From NCBI GenBank assembly GCA_001643675.2, contig LSRY02000035.1:186001-250000 (forward strand): a stretch of DNA of 64,000 nt. The letters run 5' to 3'. The notes beneath the pieces were generated by a model that made no database searches, was not told the origin of the DNA, and saw nothing but the letters and a program-made list of their open reading frames with translations. How positions within the stretch are numbered: the first letter of the stretch is position 1; the number at the start of each line of letters is the position of its first letter. Shown here piece by piece: positions 12,601 through 24,700 of this stretch. The DNA comes from Monocercomonoides exilis PA203. Its lineage: Eukaryota; Protista; Preaxostyla. The position numbers and the translations under genes were made by a program.

Positions 12601-15600
12601 GGAAGAAGAAGAAGATTTGGATAAAGAAAAAGAAAGTGAAGAAGATAATGATTTTGATAAAGAAGAAGAAGAAGAAGAAGAAAGAGAAGAAGAAGAAGCA
12701 CATATTGCTTCACCTGGGCATTCTGAAATAGAAAAATTGAATTCTGCTTCTTCTGCTGCTTCGTCTTCTTCTGAATATGAACTAACAGGTCAAACAAATC
12801 AAGCAAATCCAGAATGTTTACAAAACACACAAAATACTCAAAATACACCAAATTCAACGAAGAAAGAGAAAGAAATGAAGGAAATGAATGAAATGAATAA
12901 AGAGAATGAAGAGAACATCTCAAATACACTCAATGCTTCAGATATTGCATTGATAATGAGGCAGTTGTCAGAGTTGAATGAGAAAGTGGCACAGCTGAAA
13001 GATCAACAGGAAAAGGAGAGGAAAGAGAAGGAGAAAGAGAAAGAGAAGGAGAAAGAGAAAGAGAAGGAGAAGGAGAAAGAGAAGGAAAGAGAAAGAGAAG
13101 AAAGAGAGAAAGAGAAAGAGAAAGAAGAGAAAGAAAAAGAAGAGAAGAAGAAGAACAAGAAGAACAAGATGAAGAGAAGAAGTAATAGAGATGAGGAGAA
13201 GAAGAAAGAGAAAGAGAAGGAGAAGGAGAAGAAGGAGAAAGAGAAAGAGAAAGAGAAAGAATTAGAAAATGAGCTATTGAAAGCAAAAGATGAGATATTC
13301 GAATTGAGAATGCGACTAAGGGAGAGGGAAATGGAAGAAAAGAAGAGAAAAGAGGAAGAAATGGAAAGAGAAAGAGAAAGAGAAAGAGAAAGAGAAAGAG
13401 AAAGAGAAAGAGAAAGAGAAAGAGAAAGAGAAGAGAAGAAGAAGAATGAAGAAAGAGAAGAAAAGGAAAAGAAAGAAGAAGAAAGAAGAAAGTTAAGCAA
13501 GAAAAATAATGATAAAATTGCGAAAAAGCAAAATAAGAAGGAAAAAGAGAAAGAAAAAGAAAAAGAGAGAGAAAGAAGAGAAAGAGAAAGAGAAAGAGAA
13601 AGAAAATTGAAGCAAGAGAAGAAGAAGAAAGAAGAAGAAGAAGCAGCAGCAAGATATGCAGAAATGGAATTTCAGAGGAAGAAGAAAGAGTTTGAAGAGA
13701 AAGAGAAAGAAAGAGCGAAGGAGAAGAATAAGATATATGAAGAATTGATGGAGAAGATGATGATGTTTACGGAGATGGGGAAGAAGAAAGAAGAAGAAGA
13801 AGAGAAGAAGAAGAAGAAAGAAGAAGGGAAGAAGAAAGAAGAAGGGAAGAAGAAAGAAGAGAAGAAGGAAAAGGAAAGAGGAAAAGAAGAAGAGGAGGAG
13901 GAAGAAGAAGATGATGATGATGATGTTGATGAATTTAGTGAAGAGAAAGAAGAGAAGAGGGAGAAGGAGAAGGAGAAGGAGAAGAAGGAGAAGAGGAATG
14001 GGATGAAGAAGGATAAGAAGAAGGAAAATAGAGAAGATGAAGATGAAGAAGAAGAAGAAGAAGAATATTCTCAAGGAAAAGAGAAAGAAGAAGAGAAAGA
14101 AGAAGAAGAAGAAGAAGAAGAATTTCAATCAAAAGCCAATCTCACATTCAAATCATGTGGTGAAAACTTGCCTTTTATTGGAGGAACAACTAATATGATG
14201 AAATCTTCTTCTAATTCTTCTTCTTCTTCTTCTTCTTTATCCAAAACTTCTCATTCTCTTCATTCATCATCATCAACAACAACATCACCTTCACCTGCAC
14301 CATATTCTTCTTCCCCCTCTTCTTTCTCTTCTTTCTCCTCCTCTCCTTCTCCTCATCCTTCTCCTCATCCTTCTTCTCTTTCTTCTTCCTCTTCTTCCTC
14401 TTCTTCCTCTTCTTCCTCTTCTTCCTCTTCTTCTTCCATTCCTTCTTCCCATCAAACTTCTTCTGTTGTTGATATTTCTTCTCTTCCTCCTTATTCCCCC
14501 GTCCGCCTCGCCCTCAAATATCCTCTTCTGAACTTGTTTCAGCCAATTCATTCATCATCATCATCTTCTTCTTCTTCTTCTCCATCTTCTTCTTCTTCTT
14601 CTTCTTCTGCAATGAATTCTGATAACATTGAGGAATATTCTTCAAATTCTTCTTCACCTAATTCTTCACCTTATTCTTCTTCTTCTCGTATTTCTTCTTC
14701 CTCTTCTCCTTCTTCTTCTCCTTCCTCTTCTTCTCATCCAAAAACTAACCAAAACCCACAAAAACAACAAAATCATTCAGATTTATTTGCATTTGACACT
14801 TTCTCACCCACAAAACGTATTTCTCACAAATATCTGCAATTTGCCTGCGAAACAGCTGCTAATCAGCCATTTTGGGATTCTCCATTGAATTCTTCTTCTT
14901 CTAATTCTTCTTCTTCCTCCTCATCCTCTTCTTCTGCTTCTCCTTTGTCTCTTTCTTCTTTATCTTCTCCATTATCTCTTAATTATCCTTCAAGCTCTTC
15001 TTCTTCCTCCTCTTCCTCAAATTCTTCTTCTTCTTCTTCTCTTTTTCATCAAAATCTTACCAATCTTATCAATCTTACCCATTTTTCAAATACTCTACCA
15101 ATTTTGCCGGCAACTCGCCCAGAATTAAATTATTTGCCGGCAAAACTCGACGACCCCTCAAACATTCATTCGCCTCTGCATGTCACTCGATCTGAAATAG
15201 CATCAGCTGTTAAACATAATTCTGGTTCTTCTTCTTCCTCCTCTTCATCCTCCTCTTCTTCTTCCTCTTCTCCGTTTTCTTCTTCTTCTTCATTGTTTTT
15301 GTTCACTGAACCCACTCTTTTGCCTAGTTCTGCTGCTGTTTTGACTTCTCCTTCCTCTTCTTCATCTTCCTCTGTCACATTGGATACGCCTCCTTCTCCT
15401 CTCTCTTCCAATGCTTCTCTTTCATCACCCAGCCATTCAAATAAATTAACTTCATCTTCTCCTTCTCATTCTTCTTCTTCTTCTTCTCCAAGTAAATCTA
15501 TTCCAGATGAAATATTCCATTCTCTCTCTTTCATCCGCCACAAAGCCACAACAGGCTCATTAGCAACTATTCGCTCACCAAGAAATTTGTCTTCTTCTTC

Positions 15601-15748
15601 TCATTCTCCTTCTTCTCCTACTTCTCCGTCTTCACCTTCTTATTCACCTTCTTCTTCTTCTTTCACTTCCTCTCCTCTTCCTTCTTCGTTCCTATCGTCT
15701 CCTCTGCCAACAACAAACACTCCACATTCTTCTAATATCAGTTTTTAA
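9651..15748 (+). CDS. ~1970-aa low-complexity protein: short helical N-terminus, Glu/Lys/Arg-rich coiled-coil-like blocks and poly-Ser blocks
   Basis: Exons 9651-9770, 9849-10133, 10191-10268 and 10319-15748 are joined by phase-0 GT-AG introns, in frame with the 1800-aa ORF. No recognisable domain. Confidence 0.75.
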
Positions 15749-16410
15749 TCTCTTCATATTCTTTGAAAATATCTCGAAAATATAATTAATATTATTATTA
15801 TTCCTGTCATCTTGGATGTTTTGCTGATGCTAAAATAAGAACTGTAAAAATCCACTATTTTTTGAGAGTATTTTATCTTAAAAATTCCATTCTGAAATTT
15901 TGGAATTGTTATTATTTCACCATGAAAATGGCTCGCTTTAGCACTTTGAAATCAACTTCCTTTTCTCAACAATCCTTGTAACCTTTCTTAGTTTTTCATA
16001 TATATAATTGTTCCACGTCAAATGAACTTTTTTGGAATTTAAGATTTTTTATTTATTTTAAAGCTCAATGTATTCTTATTTCTGAATTTTTCATTCATCA
16101 TTCAAATTTGGTTGAATTTTATTCTGAAAACGAAAAACGAAAAAACGTCAAAACAATACAAAAAATACCATTCAAAAAAGTTATATGCAATTATTTTTGC
16201 TTCAGTGGTTAACGCCAAATCAAAATCGATCTGATTCAACTTCTTTTTTCAGTTTCAAGTTGAGGAAAAGAATCAGCCAATTTCCAAGATTTTCATATAA
16301 TTATGGTAATTTTGATAATAATTCCAGAAGATTGAAAAAGTTTGGCTTTCCATATTGTTATTTTTACATATTATTAAAAAATATTATTACTACAGTTTCA
16401 TTTTTCGACA

Positions 16411-19400
16411 ATGGATCCATTTATATGCACATTTCAGCAAGATATTCAGGGAAGTGATTTCCAGCAACTTCCTCCGATTATTGGGCGTAGATACAGATTT
16501 TTAAGACTTATTGGAAAAGGATCTTTTGGTATGAATTATTTTTCATTTACCAATTAATATTTTTACTTTCAACTTATTTTATATTACAGGTGTTGTATTT
16601 ATTTGTGAAAGTAATGAATCCAGAAAACTTTATGCAACAAAAGTCGAAGTTTGAAGTTTTTGCACCGTTTTCGATATCAAATAAATGATTTTTTACAGCT
16701 TTCTAGAACGCATGCACCAAAACTGGAACAGGAATACAACAGATATAAAAGGATGATGCTAAATGAAGGATATCCTGAAGTTAGATACTATTGGACAAAT
16801 AAGCAATATAACGCTATGGTTATGGAGCTTCTTGGTGAATCTCTTGATGATCTTCATAAAAGAGCATCAAGAAGATTTTCAATTGTGACTGTTATTCAAA
16901 TAGCTATACAACTCATAACGAGAATTGAAACACTTCACAACATGGGATATGTTTGAAAATATTTAGAATTTTTATATCTTATTTTCTTCTCAATTATTTA
17001 GGTTCATAGAGATATTAAACCCGAAAACTTTCTTATTGGATTAGGTGATAAATGCGACACAATTTATGTGATTGATTTTGGTTTATCAAAAGAATATCGA
17101 GATCCTGTGACTCATGCTCACATGCCATTTTCTGATCATCACGGAGTTGTTGGGACTCTCAGATATATCTCTGTTGTATGCTTATTCACTTATTGATTAT
17201 TTCGATAAAAGTATAATTAATAATTTAAATAAAATCTTTTTTCTTATCTAAATGAAATGTCAAACATTCTTTAATGTTTCTTTTTGATAGAATGTGCACA
17301 GAGAATTTGAACCTTCTCGAAGGGATGATTTGATATCACTGGCGTATTTGTTTGTTTATCTTTTCAAAGGAAATCTTCCTTGGCAGTTTAAAGAGAAAAT
17401 GAGCCCACAAGATAGATGCAATAAAATTTAGTATGTGAGATAACTTATTGAAAGAACGTGTTTTTTTCTTCTTTGCTTTTCCTGGTTTTCTTGTTTTTAT
17501 TGTATTGCTATAATGTTTTCTTGGTAATTTATATTTTTCTTTTTATTGGATTAAAATTCAAACAATTTCTAATTTTTTTCATTGCCTTTTTTTCCATTTT
17601 ATTTCATTTTCTTTCTTTCTTTCTTTATTTTTATTTTTATTTTATTTTATTTCATTTCATTTCATTAACATCTCCACTCTTTCTCAGTGTCTACAAATCG
17701 CAATATCCCGACTACCATCTCTTTGACAAGATGCCCCCAGAATTTCTGATGTTCTACAGAACCGTGTCAAAACTCGAATTTGCCGAAGATCCAGACTATG
17801 CCAGCCTTCGCAGGCCGTTTGAGCTGCTGATGGAAAGGGTGCCTCTGAATGAGAGAGAATTCGATTGGAAAGTGTGTTTCTTCAATGTATTTGGAATTAT
17901 TAAAAGGAATAATCAATTAATTGTTAAAAATTTTTAATTATTTAATCTTTTTTTTTTTTTTTGAATTTACATTGACAACAGCCTCGCCAGTACCGCCAGC
18001 CAGACTCAACCAGTATCAACTCCAACATGTCCTCTGCTGCCAACACAGTCACAGCCACAAACACAACTGCAACTGCAACTGCAACCACACTAACAAGTCC
18101 CAATGCTAATGCCACAATAGCCACAAATGCGACTAATACCACAAATCCTGCTAATCCTACAAATGTCATTAATGCCACTATAACCATGAACCCTCTGTCT
18201 TCAGCTGCAACAGCTACCACCCAGCTCAACCCCACCAGCACCCTCCATCACGCATCTTCTCCTTATTCCCCTTATTCCCCTGCTCCAAACTCCACCATTG
18301 CTACTGCCACTTCTGGAACGTCTGCAATTCCCAATCATCCTTCCACATACAACTATTCCCAGGCTCCTCCTCCTTCCACCCCTGGCTTATCCATGACCCC
18401 TGCTTTATCCCAAACCCCTGCCCTTTCCTTAGCCGTCACCCCTGGCCCTCCTCCCCCCACACCTCCATTTCTGCCTCCTCGCTTGCACTCAGCTGCTTCT
18501 GCATTTGAAGGAGCAGCAGCTGCTCAGCCATATCCCTCGTCTCCGGCGGGGAAGAGAACACCGCCTCTGGCAGCGGGTTATCCCCATATACAGGGCTATC
18601 CACAGGCTGTGAATGCGACTGGCATTACTTCTGCAAATATTCCTGCTAATATTCCTGCTTCTGCTACTGCTGCTGTTACTGCAACTACTTCTGCTATGAG
18701 GAATCCATTAGCCCAACCTCCCTTACTGTCACCTACACACCCACTGGCTGCAGCTACAGCAGCTGCTACAGCCACCGCATGCACCCTACCGATGCACGGA
18801 GTAACTCAGAAGCTCGGAGAAATAGCTATTTCTCCGGACCCTGAGAGTGGGGTAGGGGGAATAAATGCAGGGCAGATGGAGATGCAGATGCAAATGCAAA
18901 TGCAAAAACAGAAGCAGATGCAGATGGCAATGCCGATGACGCTGGTGAGTAAAGTGGGAGAGTGTTTGATGGAGAATGAAGAGGAAGAGGAAGAGCAGCA
19001 GGTGGTGGTGATGCCAACAGACAGGGCGCAGGCAGCGATGCAGTTGATGGACATGCAGAAAAACCAACAGCAGGCTGAAGCTTCTGTTGAATTGACTGCT
19101 TCTGTATCAGACTCAAACATGACGATTATGTCACAGACACAGTTGAAAACACAGGGTGAAAAGGGAGTGGAGATACCAGAATCTTCGTTCTCGTATTCAA
19201 TTGGAGCTTCATCTTCATCATCATCTTCTTCTTCTTCTTCTTCCTCTTCAAATGCACCATCATCTTCACTTCCCTCATCCAATCAATGCTTCTCTGACTC
19301 CTCTTTAATTCCCCCTCCTTCTTCTCCCATGGCATATCCTTCTCTTCCTCTTTCTCAATCTTCTTCTTCTTCCTCCTCTTCCTCTTCCTCTGAAAGCAAC

Positions 19401-20153
19401 ATCTTGTCAGAGCAAATGCCTGCTGTGGCTACGCCAGCGACTGACTCTGAAGGGAATGTGTTGTCTCAGGTTGAGAGAGATGTGGAAGAGGAGAAGGAGA
19501 ATAAAAGAGAGAAAGAGAAAGAAATGCAAACTCAAGCTCAAACTCATTTCCATCCACAAGCACCTATTCCAACTTCTTCTTCTTCTTCTTCTTCCACCTT
19601 ATCTGCTTACTCTTCATTTGCTCCTTATTCCTTCCCTTCGTATCGCTTCTTGTCTTTGAGCAGTTCAGATGCTGACAGTTCATCACATGACTCACTCTTT
19701 GTTCATACATCACACGACCCAACACAGCTGAGGTTTGTGCTGAAGAATAAAGGAGTTGGGAAGAAGAAGGAGAAGGAGAAAGAGAGAGAGGAAAAAGAGA
19801 AGGAGAAGAAGAAAGAGAAAGAAAAAGAAGAAGAAGAAGATGATGATGATGATGATAGTGAAAGTGATAGCTCATCTAGTTCAGATGGATCAGAAGGAGA
19901 TGAAAGTTCAGAAGAGCCTGCTTCATTGGAGTTCTCTTCAGAAGCTGATAGTTCATCTGATGATGACGATGACGATGAGGAGGAGGAAGAAGAAGAAGAA
20001 GAAGAAGATGGAGAGGAAAGAGGAGAAGGAGAAGAAAATAATGATGAAGAAGGAAGAGAAGATGATAATGTGGAAGAAAAAGCAAGAGAAGTCAAAGTGA
20101 ATGGAAAAGAAGAAGAAGTTAGAGATGAGGTAACAAAATCACCAGAAAATTCA

Positions 20154-20184
<31 letters not shown>

Positions 20185-20465
20185 CACTAACATCAGCAGA
20201 GCCTTCTTCACTCACTCCTGTTGCATCTGAACTGATTGCAAGTTCTTCACATTCTCCTTCTCCTTCTTCATCTTCATCTCCTTCTCCTTCTCCTGCATTG
20301 AATACACAAAACTTTGACCAAGTTCCACTGATTGTAGAAGAAGAAAGAATGGTTGAACCTCTTCATTCACCTCCTCATTCGCCTTCTCCTTCTCTTTCGC
20401 CTTCTCCTTCACAACTTGATTCTCCTCCAGTTTCTCCTCCTCCGCCTTCTTCTTCTTCTTTATAA
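16411..20465 (+). CDS. CK1: Casein kinase 1 family Ser/Thr kinase with ~830-aa low-complexity C-terminal tail
   Basis: Exons 16411-16528, 16590-16648, 16699-16950, 17002-17175, 17291-17430, 17688-17871 and 17982-20465. Motifs: IGKGSFG, YATKVE, MVMELLGESL, HRDIKPENFL, IDFGLSKEY, GTLRYISVNVH, SRRDDL, LPWQ, PDY, FDW. Confidence 0.93.
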
Positions 20466-21279
20466 TCTGTATCATCTATTGAATGTATTGAATGATATTA
20501 CTGATGATTATAAATGTCATTTTGATCGTTTCTTCTTCTTCTTCTTCTTCTTCACTTTTTTATGGTTGTCTTTAACTGCAACGTGAAAAAAAAAAAAGAA
20601 AGAAAGAGTTTATTCTTAAATTTATATTGTTTTCAATGAAACCAAATTTTTTAGGAGAAGATATTTTTGATAGTGTTAATATCAAATGAGCTGGTCATGT
20701 TTGCTCCTGTTTGCTACATCTTTGAATATTATGTGGCTTTTTTTTACATAGTATTTTAACAGAATTTGTTTTTTTTTTAATATAAAAAATATTATTTTTT
20801 TCTTTTTTCTTTTTTTCTTTTTAGAATTTTGAAAAAGGTTGCACGTTTTGTTATGTTTAAAGAACCGAAGTATTTCATTTCACTTTCAGCGCTTTATATG
20901 TTTTATTATTTTATTTGATGCTTTCTTTATGAAATGTTCATTTGGAATATTATTTTAAACCTTTTTTTCTATTAATTATTTTTCTGTTGTATTTTTTTTT
21001 TTTATTTTTTGTTTTTGGGTGAATTCTTCGATTTTTAAATTTCCAGTTCAAATTAATTACATGTATTATTCAGTAATTAATTATTTTACAAACAAGAAAG
21101 GTTTTTGTTTTCGTTTCTTTTTTCTTCGTGATGAAATGTTTGTATCTCAAAAAGATTTTTTGTAATTCAAGCAATTTTATCGAACATTCAGTCAAAATGC
21201 AAAAAAAGAAAATTTCCGAGCTTCAAAATGCAAGGTAAAATTTACCAAGTTTTTGAGAGTTATTTTTGTTGTATCTGTA

Positions 21280-21722
21280 CAGTCTAAACCGGATATAATC
21301 ACATCGATTTTTGTTCAACTTTTTGTGACTATATCCAATTGTGATTATACACGATGATGCTTTTCACAGAAAAAAAAATTAATTTTTGAAATAAATAATT
21401 ATGTGTCGATTTTTTTATTTTTGGAAATTCTATACAAATACACTTTTTTCACTTGCGTAATTAATTTTTTTCATAAATACATATTATTTTGACTTATTTG
21501 AGCACATATTAACAAAGCTAAAATTGAAATTCTTGAACAAAAAATCGATTTTTCGTTGAAAAAATCGCCCATTATAATAATAAATGTGATTATATATTTT
21601 CAGCTCTGTGTTTAAATTTGATGAAAAATGAATGAAAAAATTGACAAAAATATCGGTGCATGGAAAAATGTGACTGTAAACGAATGTGATTATATCCGAC
21701 GTGATTATATCCAGTTAGACTG
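21280..21722. mobile_element. 443-bp non-autonomous Tc1/mariner-pogo-type MITE
   Basis: Left end TA|CAGTCTAAACCGGATATAATCAC and right end GTGATTATATCCAGTTAGACTG|TA form an imperfect ~23-bp TIR with CAGT termini and a TA target-site duplication. Internal GTGA(T/C)TATA-type copies start at 21325, 21341, 21586 and 21686. No transposase ORF. Confidence 0.75.
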
Positions 21723-22840
21723 TATATATCATTTTTCAAAATTGGAGAACTTTTCATTTTTTGAATTGTTGTTTCCTTCAAGAAAATACTTGTCACCTGA
21801 AGTTCAAATACTTGTATACAATAAGATTTCATAATTTGAAAACTTTTTCTTTTTCATTTTACACTTTTTTGCATCTTTTTAAATATGGGACGATATTTTT
21901 TGCTTTATGAATTTTGTTCCTTTAAGAGTTTCCGAAAAATTTTCTCATTTTTTATTTATTTTTCAATACATTTTTGTATGAAAATGTTTGAGTTGTTATA
22001 ATATGAAAGTGGAAAAAGTTTGGAACAAATTATTGTTTTTTTCATAAAAGCAAGAATTTTGTCCCACATTTATTAAAATTTTAAATTTATTTATTTGTTT
22101 GTTAATTATATTATTTGCCGATTTCTATCGTTGCACAACTGTTTTTATTAATATTTACAAAAAAAATATATTTCGAAAAGAAAATAATTTTCATTTTGTA
22201 TTTTCTTTTTCAATAACAATAAAAGATTGGGTAAAAAAATATCGGACAAGATCGAATTTTCAATAATATCTCAAAAAATAAATCTGATAATTTTCATCAT
22301 AATGAACCTTTTCAATGCGAACGCATTTGGTATTCCAAACTGTCATTTTCATGTAGAATAAATATGGCTAATTTTTTTTTTGAAAACTTCCTTTTGTTTA
22401 ATTTTCAAATAAAACAAAATTATTCATATTTACATCAATTTTCTGTGCCAACTCACGTAACTTCAGTATAATGGAAATAATAACAATGTTTAGGTTTTGT
22501 TTCCATTTTGGTAAAGTTTCATAGGTGGGAACAGAAATTTGATGAACAATGAAATTTTTTTTAAAAAAAATTAAACAAAAGGAAGTTTTCAAAAATAATA
22601 TTTTTATTTTTGAAAAATGATCGGTGTTTCGTTCTTTTTTATTTTCAATTAAAAAAATAATTGAAAAACAAAATAAAAAATAACATGTGTATCATTTATC
22701 TATAACCCACCATTCATATGTGACATAATTCGGTAATTGCTGTTTTTGTGGTAAGTCTTGAAGAATAAAATTGAAACCTTAATAGAAGACTGAACATAAA
22801 TTTCGCCGCTCCCATATCATTTTTACAACAAATATTTCAT

Positions 22841-24667
22841 ATGGATGCAAAGCCCGTTAGCTTGAATCTTTATGATTTATCTCATGGAATTGCAAAAGCA
22901 TTATCTCCATTTTTATGTGGCAAAACATTTGAAGGGATTTGGCATGTTGGAATAGTTGTTTTGTATGCTTTTTATTTTTCATTTGACTTTAATATTTGAA
23001 ATTGCAATTATAATTTTTTTACATTTTATGCATCAAATATGATTTAAATTCATATTTAGTGGAAATGAATACTACTACAGTGGAGGCATTATGAGGTATT
23101 TTTACAGATAAATAGAAACTTTTTCATAATAAAAAATTATTGAAATTCTTTTCAATATTAATTTTTTTAATCATAAAAAGAAATATCCCTGTATGCAAGC
23201 AATTATATCTTTAAACAATAAAATCTCCTATTTGTCAATTATCACGTTTTTAATCAAAAAGGGAAAAACTACAGCAGGAACTCCAGATAAAACAATACCG
23301 TATGCGGTTAATTATACTATTGAAAGATTTAATATTTTATATATTTTTTAATTTCTCATTCAGTTTTGGGCAAACGTATCTTTCTCAAGAAATTTTTGAA
23401 CAATTTTTAGAACAAAATAGCGATCAGTTTACTGCTGAAAATTACAAACTATTTGGAAACAATTGCATCGATTTCGCAGACACAGCAGTTAATTTTTTAA
23501 CAGGAAAACATCTTCCAACTGGTTTGAATTATTTTTTGTCTTCGATTATTTATTAACTTTTTTCAAAAGATCTTTTGGATTTAGGAAAAGAATTTTCATC
23601 AACAGCATTTGGGAAACAAATAAAACCATTTGTTGAAATGTTTTACGGAAATTGTGACCCGCTCAAATGTGGTTCGAAGGTGTGATATTTATTTTGAATT
23701 ATATATTTTTTTTTGAAGAGGAGTTTTATTTTCTGAAACAAAAATTCTCGTGCAATAATAACATCATCTACTTTTAAATTTCTTTTTTCCCCCCTTTATT
23801 AATCAACAAAACTTATATTTTCTTAGGCGTCAAGCTGTCCATCCAAGCCATGTGAACAATTTTCGAATCTATTTTCACAATGCCCTCAATTGGATATGAC
23901 TCACATGCTGCAGCTTCTTATTTCCCAAACAAAACTGCCAGATGGCATTTCTCCGACCTATGTAATAGATACATTCAATAAAATGGGCGGGGAGTCAATA
24001 TTGAAGAAGTACTTTGTATGTACTTATTTTATTAACCTTACAAACATAATCATCTCTAATTTCTTCTTCAAATTTCTTTTTCAAAAATAATAAAAATAAA
24101 ATAAATAAATAAAAATTAAATATATTTTGTTATCATAATTTCTCCGCACCCAAAACAATGATATTTCTCGCTCTAACTGCGCCGGAAAAGGGCTCCAAAG
24201 ATGCCTCAAGCAGCTCATCATCATCATCATCATCTTCTTCTTCTTCTTCTTCATCTTTCTCTCCTTCTTATTCTTCCTCTTCCTCCTCTTCCTCCTCCTC
24301 CTCCTCTTCAAATTCTTCTTCTTCTTCTTCTTCTTCTCCATCAAACACTCAACCTTCAGCTACTCTTGTCAACTATTGCTGCAACAATCCTTTCCCTCTC
24401 ACTCCAACTTCTCCTAATTCTTCTCCTTTCTCTTCATCATCATCATCATCATCATCTTCTTCTTCTTCTTCATCTTCAGCTTCATCAGCATCCGTCCAAT
24501 CATCTTCGCCCTTCCCATTTTGCTCTGATAAAAGCATCTTCCAGAAGACTGAGCCACACTCCTCTCTGACTCAGATGAATGCTCAACAAAAGACTCAATT
24601 TCAGTCATTTTCTCCTTTTCCACTGCCATTTTGCACACACACACAGAATGCTTCACCTTTCTCATTG

Positions 24668-24700
<33 letters not shown>

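Noticed and set aside
21280-21722. CRISPR-like reading of the repeated GTGATTATATCC motif
   Set aside because: The 12-bp copies are irregularly spaced and in both orientations, the context is eukaryotic and there are no cas genes; better explained as MITE subterminal repeats.
21590-21834. Short ORFs 21590-21832 and 21628-21834
   Set aside because: They overlap the MITE end and AT-rich flank; no transposase or other motif.
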